A program made the translations under genes and the position numbers. A stretch of 64,000 bases of DNA from Malacoraja senta (taxonomy: Eukaryota), in NCBI GenBank assembly GCA_038087875.1, contig CM075984.1, positions 25,916,001 through 25,980,000 on the forward strand, written 5' to 3'. The notes beneath the pieces are model-generated. The model ran no database searches. It worked only from the letters and a program-made list of their open reading frames with translations, and had not been told where the DNA came from. This document shows positions 38,657 through 50,199 of the stretch, one piece after another. Positions within the stretch are counted from its first letter, which is position 1, and every line of letters begins with the position of its first letter.

Positions 38657-40449
38657 ATGAAGCCAATTTGCTATCCATTCAGCTATCTCTCCTTGGATCC
38701 CGCTGTAGATGTATACAACATCTACAGCTCTCATCGACCTTTTTGGTCATGTCCTCAAAAAACTCAATCAGATTTGTGAAAAAACTTTTGTGTGCTATTC
38801 AGTAAAATCATACTATACATGTACAATTAAGCCATACACAAGTACAGCAGGTTGTGCAAAAGGAAAAAAAAGCAGAGCTCTGAATATAGCGTTACAGAGT
38901 TTGTGTTACAGCTACAAAGTACAGAAAAGAAATGCAAGGGGCAATGAGGTAGGATGGGAGATTGAGACAATACCTGTAGCTTATGAGAGGGCCGTTCGGC
39001 AGTTTGATAACTGCAGGGAAGAAGACTTACTAAATCTGAATATACCGAGTTACCTTTTCAAAAAATTCAGTCAAGCTGGTGGGACTGGATTTCCCACAAA
39101 TAAAGCTATGCTGTCAATCCCTAATCAATTAGTCTTAAGTGTTGATAAATCCTGTCCCTTTGAATTTTTAAATCATTTCTTTAGCACTGACATAAAACTC
39201 ACTGGCCTGTAGTTATTTAGCTTATTCCTGCTATTCCTCTTGAACAAAGAAAGAACATTTGCTATTATCCAGTCATCTGGTATCCAGGGCCTCTACCATA
39301 AAACCTCAAAAAATCATTATTTCAACCAACTGTGGACAAATTCTCCCCATCTTGAATTGGAAATATATCCTTTATTGTTACTGAACCAAAATTATATAAT
39401 AACCTTAAAATCACTGCAGCAATTCAAAATAACATAAGATTTTCTCTTTCATCACATTTACTAGACAGTCGAAGAATAGTAAAAGTTTGTTCGCTTATTG
39501 AAAAGAAGATACAACACCTTTGAATACCAGATAGAAATCCTCATTCTTTCTCCTTATCAGGCTTTACAATTCACCTCCTCAGGTTTATCAAGGTGTAAAG
39601 CCAGTTCCTTCTCCTCATTCTTATGCTTTCCCGTCTGCTTCAGTATGCCTGCTTTATTGGGTGAATCTGCAGGCAGCAGTGACCGTCAAATCCGTCTCCA
39701 AACAGCTCTTCCCACCAATCTACCCAATTGTGGGAAGGTAGGTGGCAAGATGGACCTCGTAACTCTGGTACATGACCCATTGCACATGCTGTTTATGAAA
39801 TCTCTACTTCGTATTGGCGATAGTTTGCTAAATAGTTCCATTGTCATCACCAACATGCTGTCCACTTCTCCCTAAATTTTGCCATGTCCATTTTTCAGTG
39901 ATAACTTTTAGAAATAATTTCCTGCATCTACTAGCATTGTTTTGTCTTTTCATACAGGGCAGGCAAACTACATGAATTAGAATTCAGTATTTCAGTAAGC
40001 ATAATTTGTAGAATCTGGTCCATTTAGCCATTGTTATTTCTTACAATTGATATTAAATGTTGTCATTGCCTGCATCCAAAACCCAGAAATTAATATTTAA
40101 AAATGCCTTTTTGCTCAGCTGCTTAACAATGTAAAAAGAAAGGTTGGGTGGGTTTGCCTTCTATCATTTAACATGTCTGTTCACCATGATGCAGGTAGTC
40201 TCTTAATTGTATTTGGGCTGCTACCATTTGTACAATTACAAACCACAGAGTTTTTAATGTTTTGTGCAGAAATGTTGATCTTTTCTATCTAAAGGCCTTT
40301 TTTGAAGAAAAAAGTTTGATTTTTTTTTTAACCTTGTGAACATTTTGGCTTTTAAGTCTTGAAAACACAAATACAAAATGCCATAAAAATTGCAAATGTA
40401 ACTGAATTATTTCTGTATGGTAATGTGTTGTTTTTGTTTGTTTTATCAG

Positions 40450-40550
40450 CATGAGTGAGAGTGGAAGCACCCAGGGCTTGTCGCAGCCCTCCACACAGAC
40501 CACCCAGTATTTGCGAGCAGATACACCCAACAATGCAACACCTGTCACTA
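40450..40550 (+). CDS. RYK: RYK receptor-like tyrosine kinase, juxtamembrane exon
   Basis: tttttatcAG|C ATG... encodes (S)MSESGSTQGLSQPSTQTTQYLRADTPNNATPVT, matching vertebrate RYK QGLSQPSTQTTQYLRADTPNNATPIT. Donor A|GTAAGG. 101 bp, phase 2-1. Confidence 0.96.
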
Positions 40551-40609
40551 GTAAGGATTTTATTTGGATAATGAGAGAACTACATAATTGTTTCATTTAT
40601 TATTAAAAT

Positions 40610-41150
40610 ATAGAACACTACAGCACTGGAACATGCCCTTCGGCCCACAATGTTTTTGCCGAACATGATGCCTAGCTGAACTGATGTCATCTGCCTGCAC
40701 ATGATCCGTTTCCCTCTATTCCCTGCGCTTCCATGTACCTCTCTAGAAGCCTCTTAAAAGCCACTATCGAATCTCCGTGATCCACCCTCTCTGGCAATGC
40801 GTTCTAGGTCCCCACCACCCTCTGTGTACTTCATTAAATCTGCCCCTCTCACCTTATATTGCCCTCTTGTATTGGACATTTCCACCCTGGGTAAAAGGTT
40901 TTGGCTGTCTACGCTATATATACCTCACATAACTTTATATACTTCAATCAACTCTCCCCACAACCTCCAACTTTCTAGAGAAAACATTCCAAGTGTATCC
41001 AACCTCTTCCTGTAGCTGAAACTCTCTAATTCAGGTGGCATTTTGGTAAACCACCTCTGCACCCTCTCCAAAGCCTTGACATAGTTCCTGTAATGGAGCG
41101 ACCAGAAATGCACACAATGCTCCTATTTTAGCTTAATCAAAGTCCTAAAA
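40610..41150 (-). mobile_element. CR1 LINE 3' fragment
   Basis: ORF 40925-41113 (FWSLHYR...ALERVQRWFTKM...LIEVYK) plus the tail. Confidence 0.8.
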
Positions 41151-41189
41151 CGATGCATTATGACTTCCTCTTATCTTCAATGCCCCTAG

Positions 41190-41762
41190 AAACGAAGGCA
41201 TGGGTGACGTTTCAAGTCGAGACCCTTCTTCAGACTAGTCAGGTGAAAGAGAAAACGAGAGATATAGACGATGATGTAGAGAGAGATAAAGAACAACGAA
41301 TGATGCAAAAACGTAACGATGATAAAGGAAATGGGCCATTTTTAGCTCTTTGGGTGAAAATGAGAAGCTGGTGCGACTTGGGTGGGGGAGGGATGGAGAG
41401 AGGGAATGTCGGGGTTACTTCAAGTTAGAGAAATCAATATTCATACCACTGGGCTGTAAGCTGCCCAAGCGAAATATGGGATGCTGTTCATCCAATTTGC
41501 GCTTAGTCTCACCCAGACAATGGAGGAGACCTAGGACAGAAAGGTCAGTGTGGGAATGGGAAGGAGAATTAAAGGGTTTAGCACTTCACTTGCACCTCTT
41601 CCAACCTCATCTACTGTATCCGTTGTTCAAGATGTGGACTCTTGTACATCAGCGACACCAAACGAAGACTGGGCGATTGTTTCGCTGAACACCTTCACTC
41701 AGTCTGCCTGGACACTTTAATTCTCCTTCCCATTCCCAGCATCTGCAGTTCCTTCCTACACA
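41190..41762. mobile_element. Penelope-like fragment with internal inversion; GIY-YIG endonuclease remnant
   Basis: Minus-strand ORF end and pLTR at 41190-41580. Plus strand 41585-41710 encodes FTCTSSNLIYCIRCSRCGLLYISDTKRRLGDCFAEHL (IY..CxxC..YI-type GIY-YIG). Confidence 0.85.
41206..41233 (-). ncRNA. Minimal type-I hammerhead ribozyme motif in a PLE pLTR (core intact)
   Basis: Minus strand CUGAAGA-A-GGGU[CUCG]ACUU-GAAA-CGUC: core boxes, a 4-bp stem II, palindromic ACGU stem III and a GUC cleavage triplet. Activity is not shown. Confidence 0.6.
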
Positions 41763-44379
41763 TATATCCTCTGGTGCCATCAGCAAATTTGCCAACCCAT
41801 CTACATTGACGTCTCGATCTTTTGGATTATTATGGATTAAGTTAATCATACAGAGTCAACTATCAGCCTAGTTTTGAAGTATAGGTTTGATATCTGTGTT
41901 CCTATTTGTAAAACACTCATGCTCAAATCACCTATCCATGCTCACCAGAGATGCTGCCTGGTCTGCTGAGTTATTCCAGTACTTTTGAGTTTTTTTTAAT
42001 AAACCAGCATGTGCTGTTCCTTGTTTCTACAATCTCATACTCATTAGGTTATGCATTGGAGATACAAGAAATTGCAGATGCTGTAACTGAATTTAAAAAA
42101 AAACTGCTGGAGGAGCTCAGCAGGTTAGGCAGCATCTGTGGAAGGAAATGAACAGTTGAAGTTTCCCGTCAAATCAATGGACTGACCTGCTCAGTCCCTC
42201 AAACACTTCGTATTTTAGTTTAATTCTTGACAGTAATTGTCCCTGTATCCCATAGTGGTTAAAATTATGGGTTAGAGCATTTCTTTATAAAGAGAGACTC
42301 GATAGACTAAGGCAGCACAGTGGAATCCCCAAAGCATAGAAAGCTATGGATTGGGTATTAGTACATGGAGGTAGTCGATAGGGACTTGATGGTGCGGATG
42401 AACAGGGTGGGCTGAAGGGCCTGTTACTGTGCTGTGTAGCTCCATGGATCTGACACTGCTCCAGTGGCTTGTACATACTAATGTTTTAATGTTCCATGTG
42501 CCTAAGATACTCCTGCTGTGGAGAAGGGGGGAATTTGTCAACATTTTAAAATAAGCTTTCCCCTGTGATTGCAACAGTCAGAGTAAGAAAGCATTAGTAT
42601 TTGCGACTAGCTCGCACTCCATTGATACCATATGTCTTAGATTTAATTTATGTAGTAATCTTAGCTAGCCTTAGCTAGGAACATTGTGATCCGTGAGTGA
42701 TTCACATCAGTTTACAGTTGATGATCATACCCAGGATGCCCTGATAACAAAGGTTGAAGAGTAAGAATAAAAATATCATGGAACATTGGACTTTGAATAG
42801 TGCAGCTCAAGACTGTTGAACATGATGCCCAATTAAACTAATCCATTCTGTCTGCACATGATGCATATCCTTCCATTCCATGTGCATATCGAATAGCCTC
42901 TTAAAGGCCACTGTCGCCATATCATTACCCCTCACTCATAAGACCCCAGCCAAATGCAAAACTAATTAGTGAAAGGCAAGGCAGCAGGTCGGACGGATAC
43001 TGATCAGAAAAGGATAAGGCAGATACTCTGAGATGGGTTTTTTCTGCATGCTCAGGCTGGTGACACATCACTCTTGCCAAATCTGATCTGCAGGGTGGAC
43101 ACGGTTGAGGAAGGCATTTGGCATGCTTATATTCATTGGACTCGTATTGGATTCATATTGAGCACAAGAATTGGGATGTCATGTTACAACTCTGCATGAT
43201 GTTGGTGAAACCGCATTTGGAGTATTGTATGAGTGACTGACATTGTTTTGTCTTTTCATTCAGGCAGGCAGGCAAACTACACGAGTTAGAATTCAGTATT
43301 TCAGTAAGCATAATTTGTAGAATCTGTCATTTAGCCATTGTTATTTCTTACAGTTCATATTAAATGTTGTCAATGCCTGCATCCAAAATCCAAAAATGAC
43401 TTAAAAAATGTCTCCTTGCTCAGCAGCTCGTGAATTTTATGCATTGGGCTTATTCTGGCGGGCCAGTCTTGGCTTTGAGGAGAAAGCGCGGGCGGTCTCG
43501 GGCTGGTCCCAGCAGCTCACTCATGCCTTGAAAGGTGGTGTTGGGAGTCTCGGGCTTGTCCTGGTAGCTCGGTCGAAGTCTCAAAGAGGAGGCTCTGGTG
43601 GTCTTGGGCTTTTCCTGGCAGCTCCGACCTGGCCTCTGAGGTTCTGACGGTCTTGGGCTTATCCTGGTGGCTCACTCTTTGCACTCCATGTGGGGGCGCC
43701 GTCCCTTGTTGTCTGTGGGCAGGTGAGGATATGCTGGTGGTCTGAGGCTTGCCCCAGCAGTGTGTTTTGGACTCCAGGAGGAGACGCTGGTGGTTATGGA
43801 TTTTTCCTCCAAGCCTGCTTTTGTGTAAAAATGCATTGTTAAAAGAAAAATAAATGATTATAACACAACTTTCTGTCCTTGCAGGAAGTGATTTGAAGGA
43901 ACTTTCTGGGGGTAATCCTGAAGAAGAAAGACAAAATGGTATCACCCAAGTTTCCAAAAAGTCAGGTTAGCATCATCATTAACAGTGACTTTACAGAGCA
44001 CATTGTATTTAAGGTGCTAAGAAAGTTCTATGGAGATGCAAAAGTGGTTTTACTCTGAATTCATATCCCAATCAACAGTTTGGAAATTGCTCAGTAGCCA
44101 TTAATTTTACTGCTGTTTTTTGCTTTATACCAATTTTGTTTCTGTGATGACTGATGCAAAATATTTATTTAATGTGTCTGTCATTTCCCTTTTCTACTTT
44201 ACTAAATGACTGTTACTGCTCTAAGAGGAATAAATAGAAATAACATCCAACAGTCTGGGAAATCTGAGGCACTACCACCAAAGTCCAAAAGTGCTGGTCT
44301 GTTGTTCTCCTGTACTTTTGGATTCATGTGAAGAGAGGCGAAGAGATTGAATGGGTGTCTTTTTGGGCACAGGAGGAGG

Positions 44380-45370
44380 GGGTTGGGGTGCGATGCGCAG
44401 AGGGGATGGGGTGGGTGATGGGCAGAGGGGATGGGGTGGGTGATGGGCAGAGGGGATGGGGTGGGTGATGGGGTGGGTGATGGGCAGAGGGGATGGGGTG
44501 GGTGATGGGCAGAGGGGATGGGGTGGGTGATGGGGTGGGTGATGGGCAGAGGGGATGGGGTGGGTGATGGGCAGAGGGGATGGGGTGCGATGGGCAGAGG
44601 GGATGGGGTGCGATGGACAGGGGTCTGGGTGGGGGTGAAGGGATTGGGGTCTCCGTGGGTAGTTTTGGTGGGTGGTTGGGGAGTCGTGGTGGACGGAAGG
44701 GTCGGGGATCTTGGCACATGGAGGGGACTCTGGTACCTTGGTGGGCGGAAGGGGTTGGGAGTCTCGGTGGAAGAAGCGGGCTGGGGATTGAGTGTACGGA
44801 GTGGATTGAGGTGCCTGGTGGACAGTGGGTTGGGGCTGGGGATTGGTGAGCCAGGATAGGTGGCGGTGTTCGGGGTTCTCAGTGGACAGTGGTGTCTGGG
44901 GGCCTCAGTGGGTGGAGAGGGTTGTGGGTCTCAGTGGGGAGTGGAGGGAGGGGGTCTTGGTGGGCAGAGGGGAGTCTGGGTGGACGGAGGGGGTTGGTAG
45001 TCTCGGTGGGCGGAGGAGTTGTCGGTGGGCAGAATGGGATGGGGGTCAATGGGCGGATTAGGTCTTGGTGGGCGGTGTGGCTGGTGGTCTTGATGGGCAA
45101 AGGGGCTCGGTGGGCAAAAGGGTTGGGGCTCTAGGGAGATGAGGGGGTTGGGGATCTCAGGTGATGGAGGGTGTTTACATCTCTGTGGACAAATGGGGCT
45201 GTTAGTCTTGGTAGGCAGAGTAGAATGATGATCTCTGGACTGAGGAGGTTGAAGATTATTGTGAGTGGACGAGTTGAGGATCTTTGTGGGCTCACAGGTT
45301 GGGGATCTCTGTGGGTGCACAGGTTGGGGGTGTCTGTGGGTGAGTGGGTTGAGGGTCTCTGGGTGAGTCG
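44380..45370 (+). repeat. G-rich minisatellite (25-bp GATGGGCAGAGGGGATGGGGTGGGT) grading into a degenerate G-rich tract
   Basis: Near-perfect units at about 44395-44620, decayed units beyond. Confidence 0.9.
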
Positions 45371-45700
45371 CAATAGACAATAGGTGCAGGAGTATTTGGC
45401 CCTTCGAGCCAGCACCGCCATTCACTGTGATCAAGGCTGATCATCCCCAATCAGTATCCCGTTCCTGCCTTCTCCCCATATCCCCTGACTCTGCTACTTT
45501 TAAGAGCCCTATCTAGCTGAAAACCTGCCTCCACCACCCTCTGAGGCAGAGAATTCCACAGACTCACCACTCTCTGTGAGAAAAAGTGTTTCCTCGTCTC
45601 CGTTCTAAATGGCTTATTCCTTATTCTTAAACTGTGGCCCCTGGTTCTGGACTCCCCCAACATCGGGAACATGTTTCCTGCCTCTAGCGTGTACAAGCCC
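45371..45700 (-). mobile_element. Young CR1 LINE 3' end
   Basis: ORF 45451-45696 plus the (GTCTATT)n-type tail. Confidence 0.9.
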
Positions 45701-46053
45701 TAACAAGTGGGTTGAGGGTCTCTGGGTGCGTGGGTTCGGGGCCTCTGTGGGTGCGTGGGTTGAGGATCTTTGAGCGCGATGCAAATTGATTGCTGACAGT
45801 GACCATGCTTCATAGTTCTGATAGTCATGCTTCATCTTTACGTAATCTTATTTGTTGTGATGTACTTTGGGGCTTCCCAAGGTTGTGCAAAACGGCCTAA
45901 CATTATTTGTTTATTTTTCTCTTATGTATTTGAAGCTGCTTTCCTCATGCATGGTATATGCTGCAATTTATCACTAATCCTACAGTTACGCACTTTTGAG
46001 TTTTGAACAAGGTCAATATATGTTGGAAATTGGTTTTCACTTTTTCTTTCCAG

Positions 46054-46179
46054 GTTACCCAACACTTCGGATAGAAAAGAATGATCTCAAAAGTGTCACA
46101 TTAGCAGAGGCAAAAGCTAAAGTGAAGGACATAGCTATCTCCAGAGAGAGGGTCACTCTCAAAGAAGTTCTTCAAGAAG
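46054..46179 (+). CDS. RYK: RYK exon (juxtamembrane to kinase subdomain I)
   Basis: ttttctttccAG|GT TAC encodes (S)YPTLRIEKNDLKSVTLAEAKAKVKDIAISRERVTLKEVLQE(G). Donor G|GTGAAG. 126 bp, phase 1-1. Confidence 0.97.
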
Positions 46180-46289
46180 GTGAAGATTGCAGCAAAAGTT
46201 TTAAAGTTTTAAAATTATTTAACTTTTCAACCCTACACTTTTCTGTTCTGAGATGACTGGGTAATTTCAGAAAACAAGACTGACTCTTA

Positions 46290-46872
46290 AAGGCCTGTCT
46301 TACGAGTCTGCGGTCATTGGCGGCGAAACAGGAAGAATCTACCGCTCCTAGGCCGCCACAGACCGCGCACTCGGTCAAACGCACAATTCCGTGGCCGTGC
46401 GGCGTTGTTCCCAACACCGCACGGTGCTAAAAAAAAACCAACACTGTCCAAAACAATGTTCTTACCGCACAGCCGCCACCAGCGTGGCACGAGTGCGGCA
46501 CGGCCGCCGCCACAGCCGCCGCCAGTGCGGCACGAGCGCCGCGAGTCCAAATTTCACCGCCACAGCCTCCGCCAGTGAGGCACGTGTGCGGCACGGCTGC
46601 CGCCACAGCCGCCGCCAGTGAGGTACGTGTGCGCCACAGCCGCCGCCAGTGATGTACGTGTGCGGCACGGCCGCCGCCACAGCCGCCGCCAGTGAGGTAC
46701 GTGTGCGCCACCGCCCCGCGATCCGAAAGCCGAAACAGCAAGCTCGTGGAACCGGCCGTACTTGGCCCCCCGCGCAGCATCCGTGCGGCGCTCTCATGGT
46801 TGCCGTGCGGTCCCCTCTTCCGGCGATGCCGCGCTTCACCGCCAACGACCGCAAACCCGTGGGACAGAGCCT
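46290..46872. mobile_element. PIF/Harbinger-type MITE with internal GC-rich tandem repeat
   Basis: Imperfect TIRs AAGGCCTGTCTTACG / CGTGGGACAGAGCCT, TTA TSD. CACAGCCGCCGCCAGTG repeats at 46470-46710. Confidence 0.7.
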
Positions 46873-46874
46873 TT

Positions 46875-48010
46875 ACTTTCTTGATGAAGGTAAGGCAGTG
46901 GAGGTTGTCCAGATGGATTTTAGCAAGGCATTTGATAATGTCCTTCATGGTAGTCTAATCCAGAAGATTAAGGTGCATGCGATTAACAGTGACTTCGTAA
47001 TTTAGATTCAGAACTCACTTTGTCATGGAAGACCGGGTATTGATGGAATAGTGTTACTCTCCTGAAGGTCTGTGACCATGGTGTTCCACAGAGACGTACA
47101 TGTGTGTGTGTGTGTCCCAGGTTATTGAGGGAGGCAAGAGAGAATCGACGCCTTGAAGAAGATCTTAGTTTCTTCTCTAGCCTCAGGTGAGGTCCCGGAT
47201 GGGATGTTGTATGCATGTATTTTAGTAAGACTTTTAATAAGGTCCCTTGCGTTAGGCTGATCCAGAAGATTAACATGTACCCGATTCATGGTGACTTGTT
47301 CGTATAGATTCAGAACTGATTTATTTATAGAAGGCAGCGGGTCGTGGTGGAAGGTTAGATAATCTGGCTGGAGATCTGTAACCAGTGGAGTTCCGTAGGG
47401 ATCTGTGCTGGGACCTCTGCAGTTTGTGATAAATATGTAAATGACTTAGACGTAAATGTAGATTAGTTGCTGAATAAGTTTGCTGACAACAGCATTTGGA
47501 CTATTGTGTGCAGTTATGGTTGCCCCTTGACAGGTAAGATGTGGAGGCTTTAGAGCGTGTGCAGACAAGGTTTACCAGCTGCTTGGATTGGAGGGTTTCA
47601 ACTACAGGAAGTGGTTGGATAGACTTGCATTGTTTTTTCTGGAACGTTGGTGTTTCAAGAGATTTGATAAAAGTATAAAACATTATGAGAGACACAAATA
47701 GGGTAGACAGTCAGCAACATGTTTTCCAGGGTGGAAATGTCCAACACTGGAGGGCATAGCTCAAATCTAAGAGGGAGAAAGTTTAATGGAGATGTGTGGG
47801 CCAAGTTTTTTTTTTCTATGCAGTGAATAGTGGATGCCAAGAATGCATTGCTAGGTGGAGGCAGGTACAACAGTGGCATTCAAGAGGCTTTTAGATATGC
47901 ATACACAAATGCAGGGAAAATAGAGATATGTACAGGCATGAGATCAGTTTAACTTGGCATCATGTTAGGCACAGACTTTGGTTCCTGTGCTGTACTATTC
48001 TGTTATATTC
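46875..48010 (+). mobile_element. Old CR1 RT/3' fragments
   Basis: DEGKAVEVVQMDFSKAFD, GVP*GSVLGP and ALERVQ motifs, followed by the 3' UTR. Confidence 0.75.
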
Positions 48011-48660
48011 GGTGATGATAGGCAAATGGTTGGGACAAAGGCCAGAGATGAAAAAACAAAAGATGGGAGATAAAAGGAATAAGAGTTACGAAATGTGCAG
48101 CCAGAGAAAGGGATGTATGGGGAGGGGGGGGAGGGGGGGGAGAGAAAAGGGAGGGATGGGAGCTCTGAGAGGTTACCTAAAATTGGGGAATTCAATGTTC
48201 ATATCATTGGGTTGTAAGGTACCCAAGTGTAATATAAGGTGTTGTTCCTCCAGTTTGTGTATGGCCTCACTCTAGCAATGGAAAAGGCCCAGGACAGAAT
48301 GGACAATAAGGGAATGGGCAGGGGAGTTAAAATGGTTAGCAACCAGGGAATCCAGTAGGCCTTGGTGGACCAATCGCAAGTGTTGCCGTATCTTTCCACT
48401 CCTACATCTCAACGAATTCCTTCTTCTTTTTCAACTCTGGCCTTTGTCCATCCATCTGCTGAATAACCCCCCCCCCACCCCCACCCCCACCTGTCTTCAC
48501 ATCTCACCTACCACGTTTTGTCCTGCTCCTGCTCCTCTTCTCTTCCAGTTTTCTTCCCCCACAATCATTCTGACGAAGGGTCCAGATCCGAAGCGTCACC
48601 TATCCATGTTCTCCACGCATGCTGCATGACCTGCTGAGTTACTCCAGCATTTTGACTTTT
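48010..48660. mobile_element. Inverted pair of Penelope-like 3' fragments
   Basis: Minus-strand ORF end at 48010-48385, then plus-strand UTR and pLTR with CTGACGA...GAAG at 48570-48597. Confidence 0.65.
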
Positions 48661-48762
48661 CAGCAAAATAGATCTTGTATAGATTTTGAAAGTTAAATCT
48701 GAAGTGTAAATGAACAAGCTTGATGGCTTTCCATACAATATTTGGTTAATTTTGTGTTTCAG

Positions 48763-48849
48763 GTACATTTGGTCGTATCTTTCTTGGGATTTTAATTGAT
48801 GAGAAAGATCCAAGTAAAGAAAAATATGTTTTTACTAAAGCAGTAAAAG
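48763..48849 (+). CDS. RYK: RYK exon (kinase subdomains I-II)
   Basis: tgtgtttcAG|GT ACA encodes (G)TFGRIFLGILIDEKDPSKEKYVFTKAVK(D). Donor G|GTAAGT. 87 bp, phase 1-1. Confidence 0.97.
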
Positions 48850-50199
48850 GTAAGTAATCATATAGTAAATATTGTACCTAATTGAATACACAGCTCTGGT
48901 CGACTAACTGTCTCCACCTCAAAACTTTGTTTTTTGGCCTTATTAATGTGTTGGTATTTTTAATGTACTTTTCATCTATTCCTAGTTCCCTTTGCTCCTT
49001 TATCCAGTTTAGATTTTTATTTTTCTATTCCAATGTATGCGGCTTCTTCATTCAGCCATGCAACATTGCAAGCTAATCGGCAAGAAAATGACGTTGCTAT
49101 TTAATATGTCCCTGCACTTCATTCGGTTTCAACTGAATCTCAGGGTTTTATCAGTCTTCCATCCTGTGTCTGGTTTTGTGTGATTCCTGCCACTAATCTC
49201 TTGACTTCTGATTATTTTAAGTTAGATATGAATCTAATGTGCAGTACTTTATCAAAGGGTTTTTCAAAATTTACGTTTAGTTTATTATTCTTGTCCGTTC
49301 TTCCTGTTGTTTCCAAGAATTAAGTGTTTGGTAAACATTAAGGTGCTGATAACTGCCTTTTCAGGCATGTTTCTTGGAATTTCTAAGTAATGACTCCCTT
49401 ACATTTCCTCATGCTGTCAGTGGCAGCGGTTTTATTTCCATCTGCCTTTTTAAATAATTCCATTAATGGTGTTAAATATATCTGAGAGGCATAGAGCTGT
49501 ACAATACAGAAGCAGGCCTTTTGGCCCACCTTATACAAGCGAACCAAGTTGGCATATTGGGCTAGTCCCATTTATCTGCATTTGGCCCATATTCATATAA
49601 ACCACTAATATCCAAATAGCTGTCCAAATGTCTTTTAAAAGTCATAATCAGTGAGCAACTGACAACAAGAACAAAAGATTGGGACTTTCAAAAGTCAACA
49701 GCCAGTAAACAACCACCAAAAAAACGAGGCTCATTCAGTTTTTGCAACTGAAAGGAGAAGGAGCTCAGAATATTAAAAAGGTTAGCGGCTCAAAGTCATA
49801 ATCAGTGAATAGGATTTATTTAAAAGTCAGCAGCCAATTAATGAGACACATTCAGTTTTGAAGCTGAAAACAGTTTGCATCCTGGATTGAGTGCTCCTAG
49901 TGGGTACGTAAAACAGAGGCAGACACTAGTGGAGAGGCCTGTTAGGACCAGCTGTGCAGAGGTGCAAGTGCAGTGCAGAGAGTAAGTGTGAGGTTTTAGC
50001 TTGAGAGGATGATTGCAGGATAAGGTATGGACTGTTTTTTTGTCTTCCGTTCATGAATCTTCCCTGGTTTATTGCAGCAAAGATTGTAGTTAGGGTAGTG
50101 GCATGCTCCCCCTGGAGGACATGGGAGGTCAGGGAGACTTCCAGTGTCCCAGAGAACTACTCCAGTGTGAGGTGTGTCCAGTTGCAGCTTCTTACAGGC

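Noticed and set aside
38383-38805. ORFs spanning X runs
   Set aside because: Artefacts of the N gap.
39958-39994. Reading AGKLHELEFSIS, in which both copy differences are synonymous, as a constitutive RYK exon
   Set aside because: It ends in phase 0 whereas the next RYK exon needs phase 2. Two substitutions are too few to show coding constraint.
44202-45434. Pro/His-rich and Gly/Trp-rich ORFs
   Set aside because: They are translations of the G-rich minisatellite.
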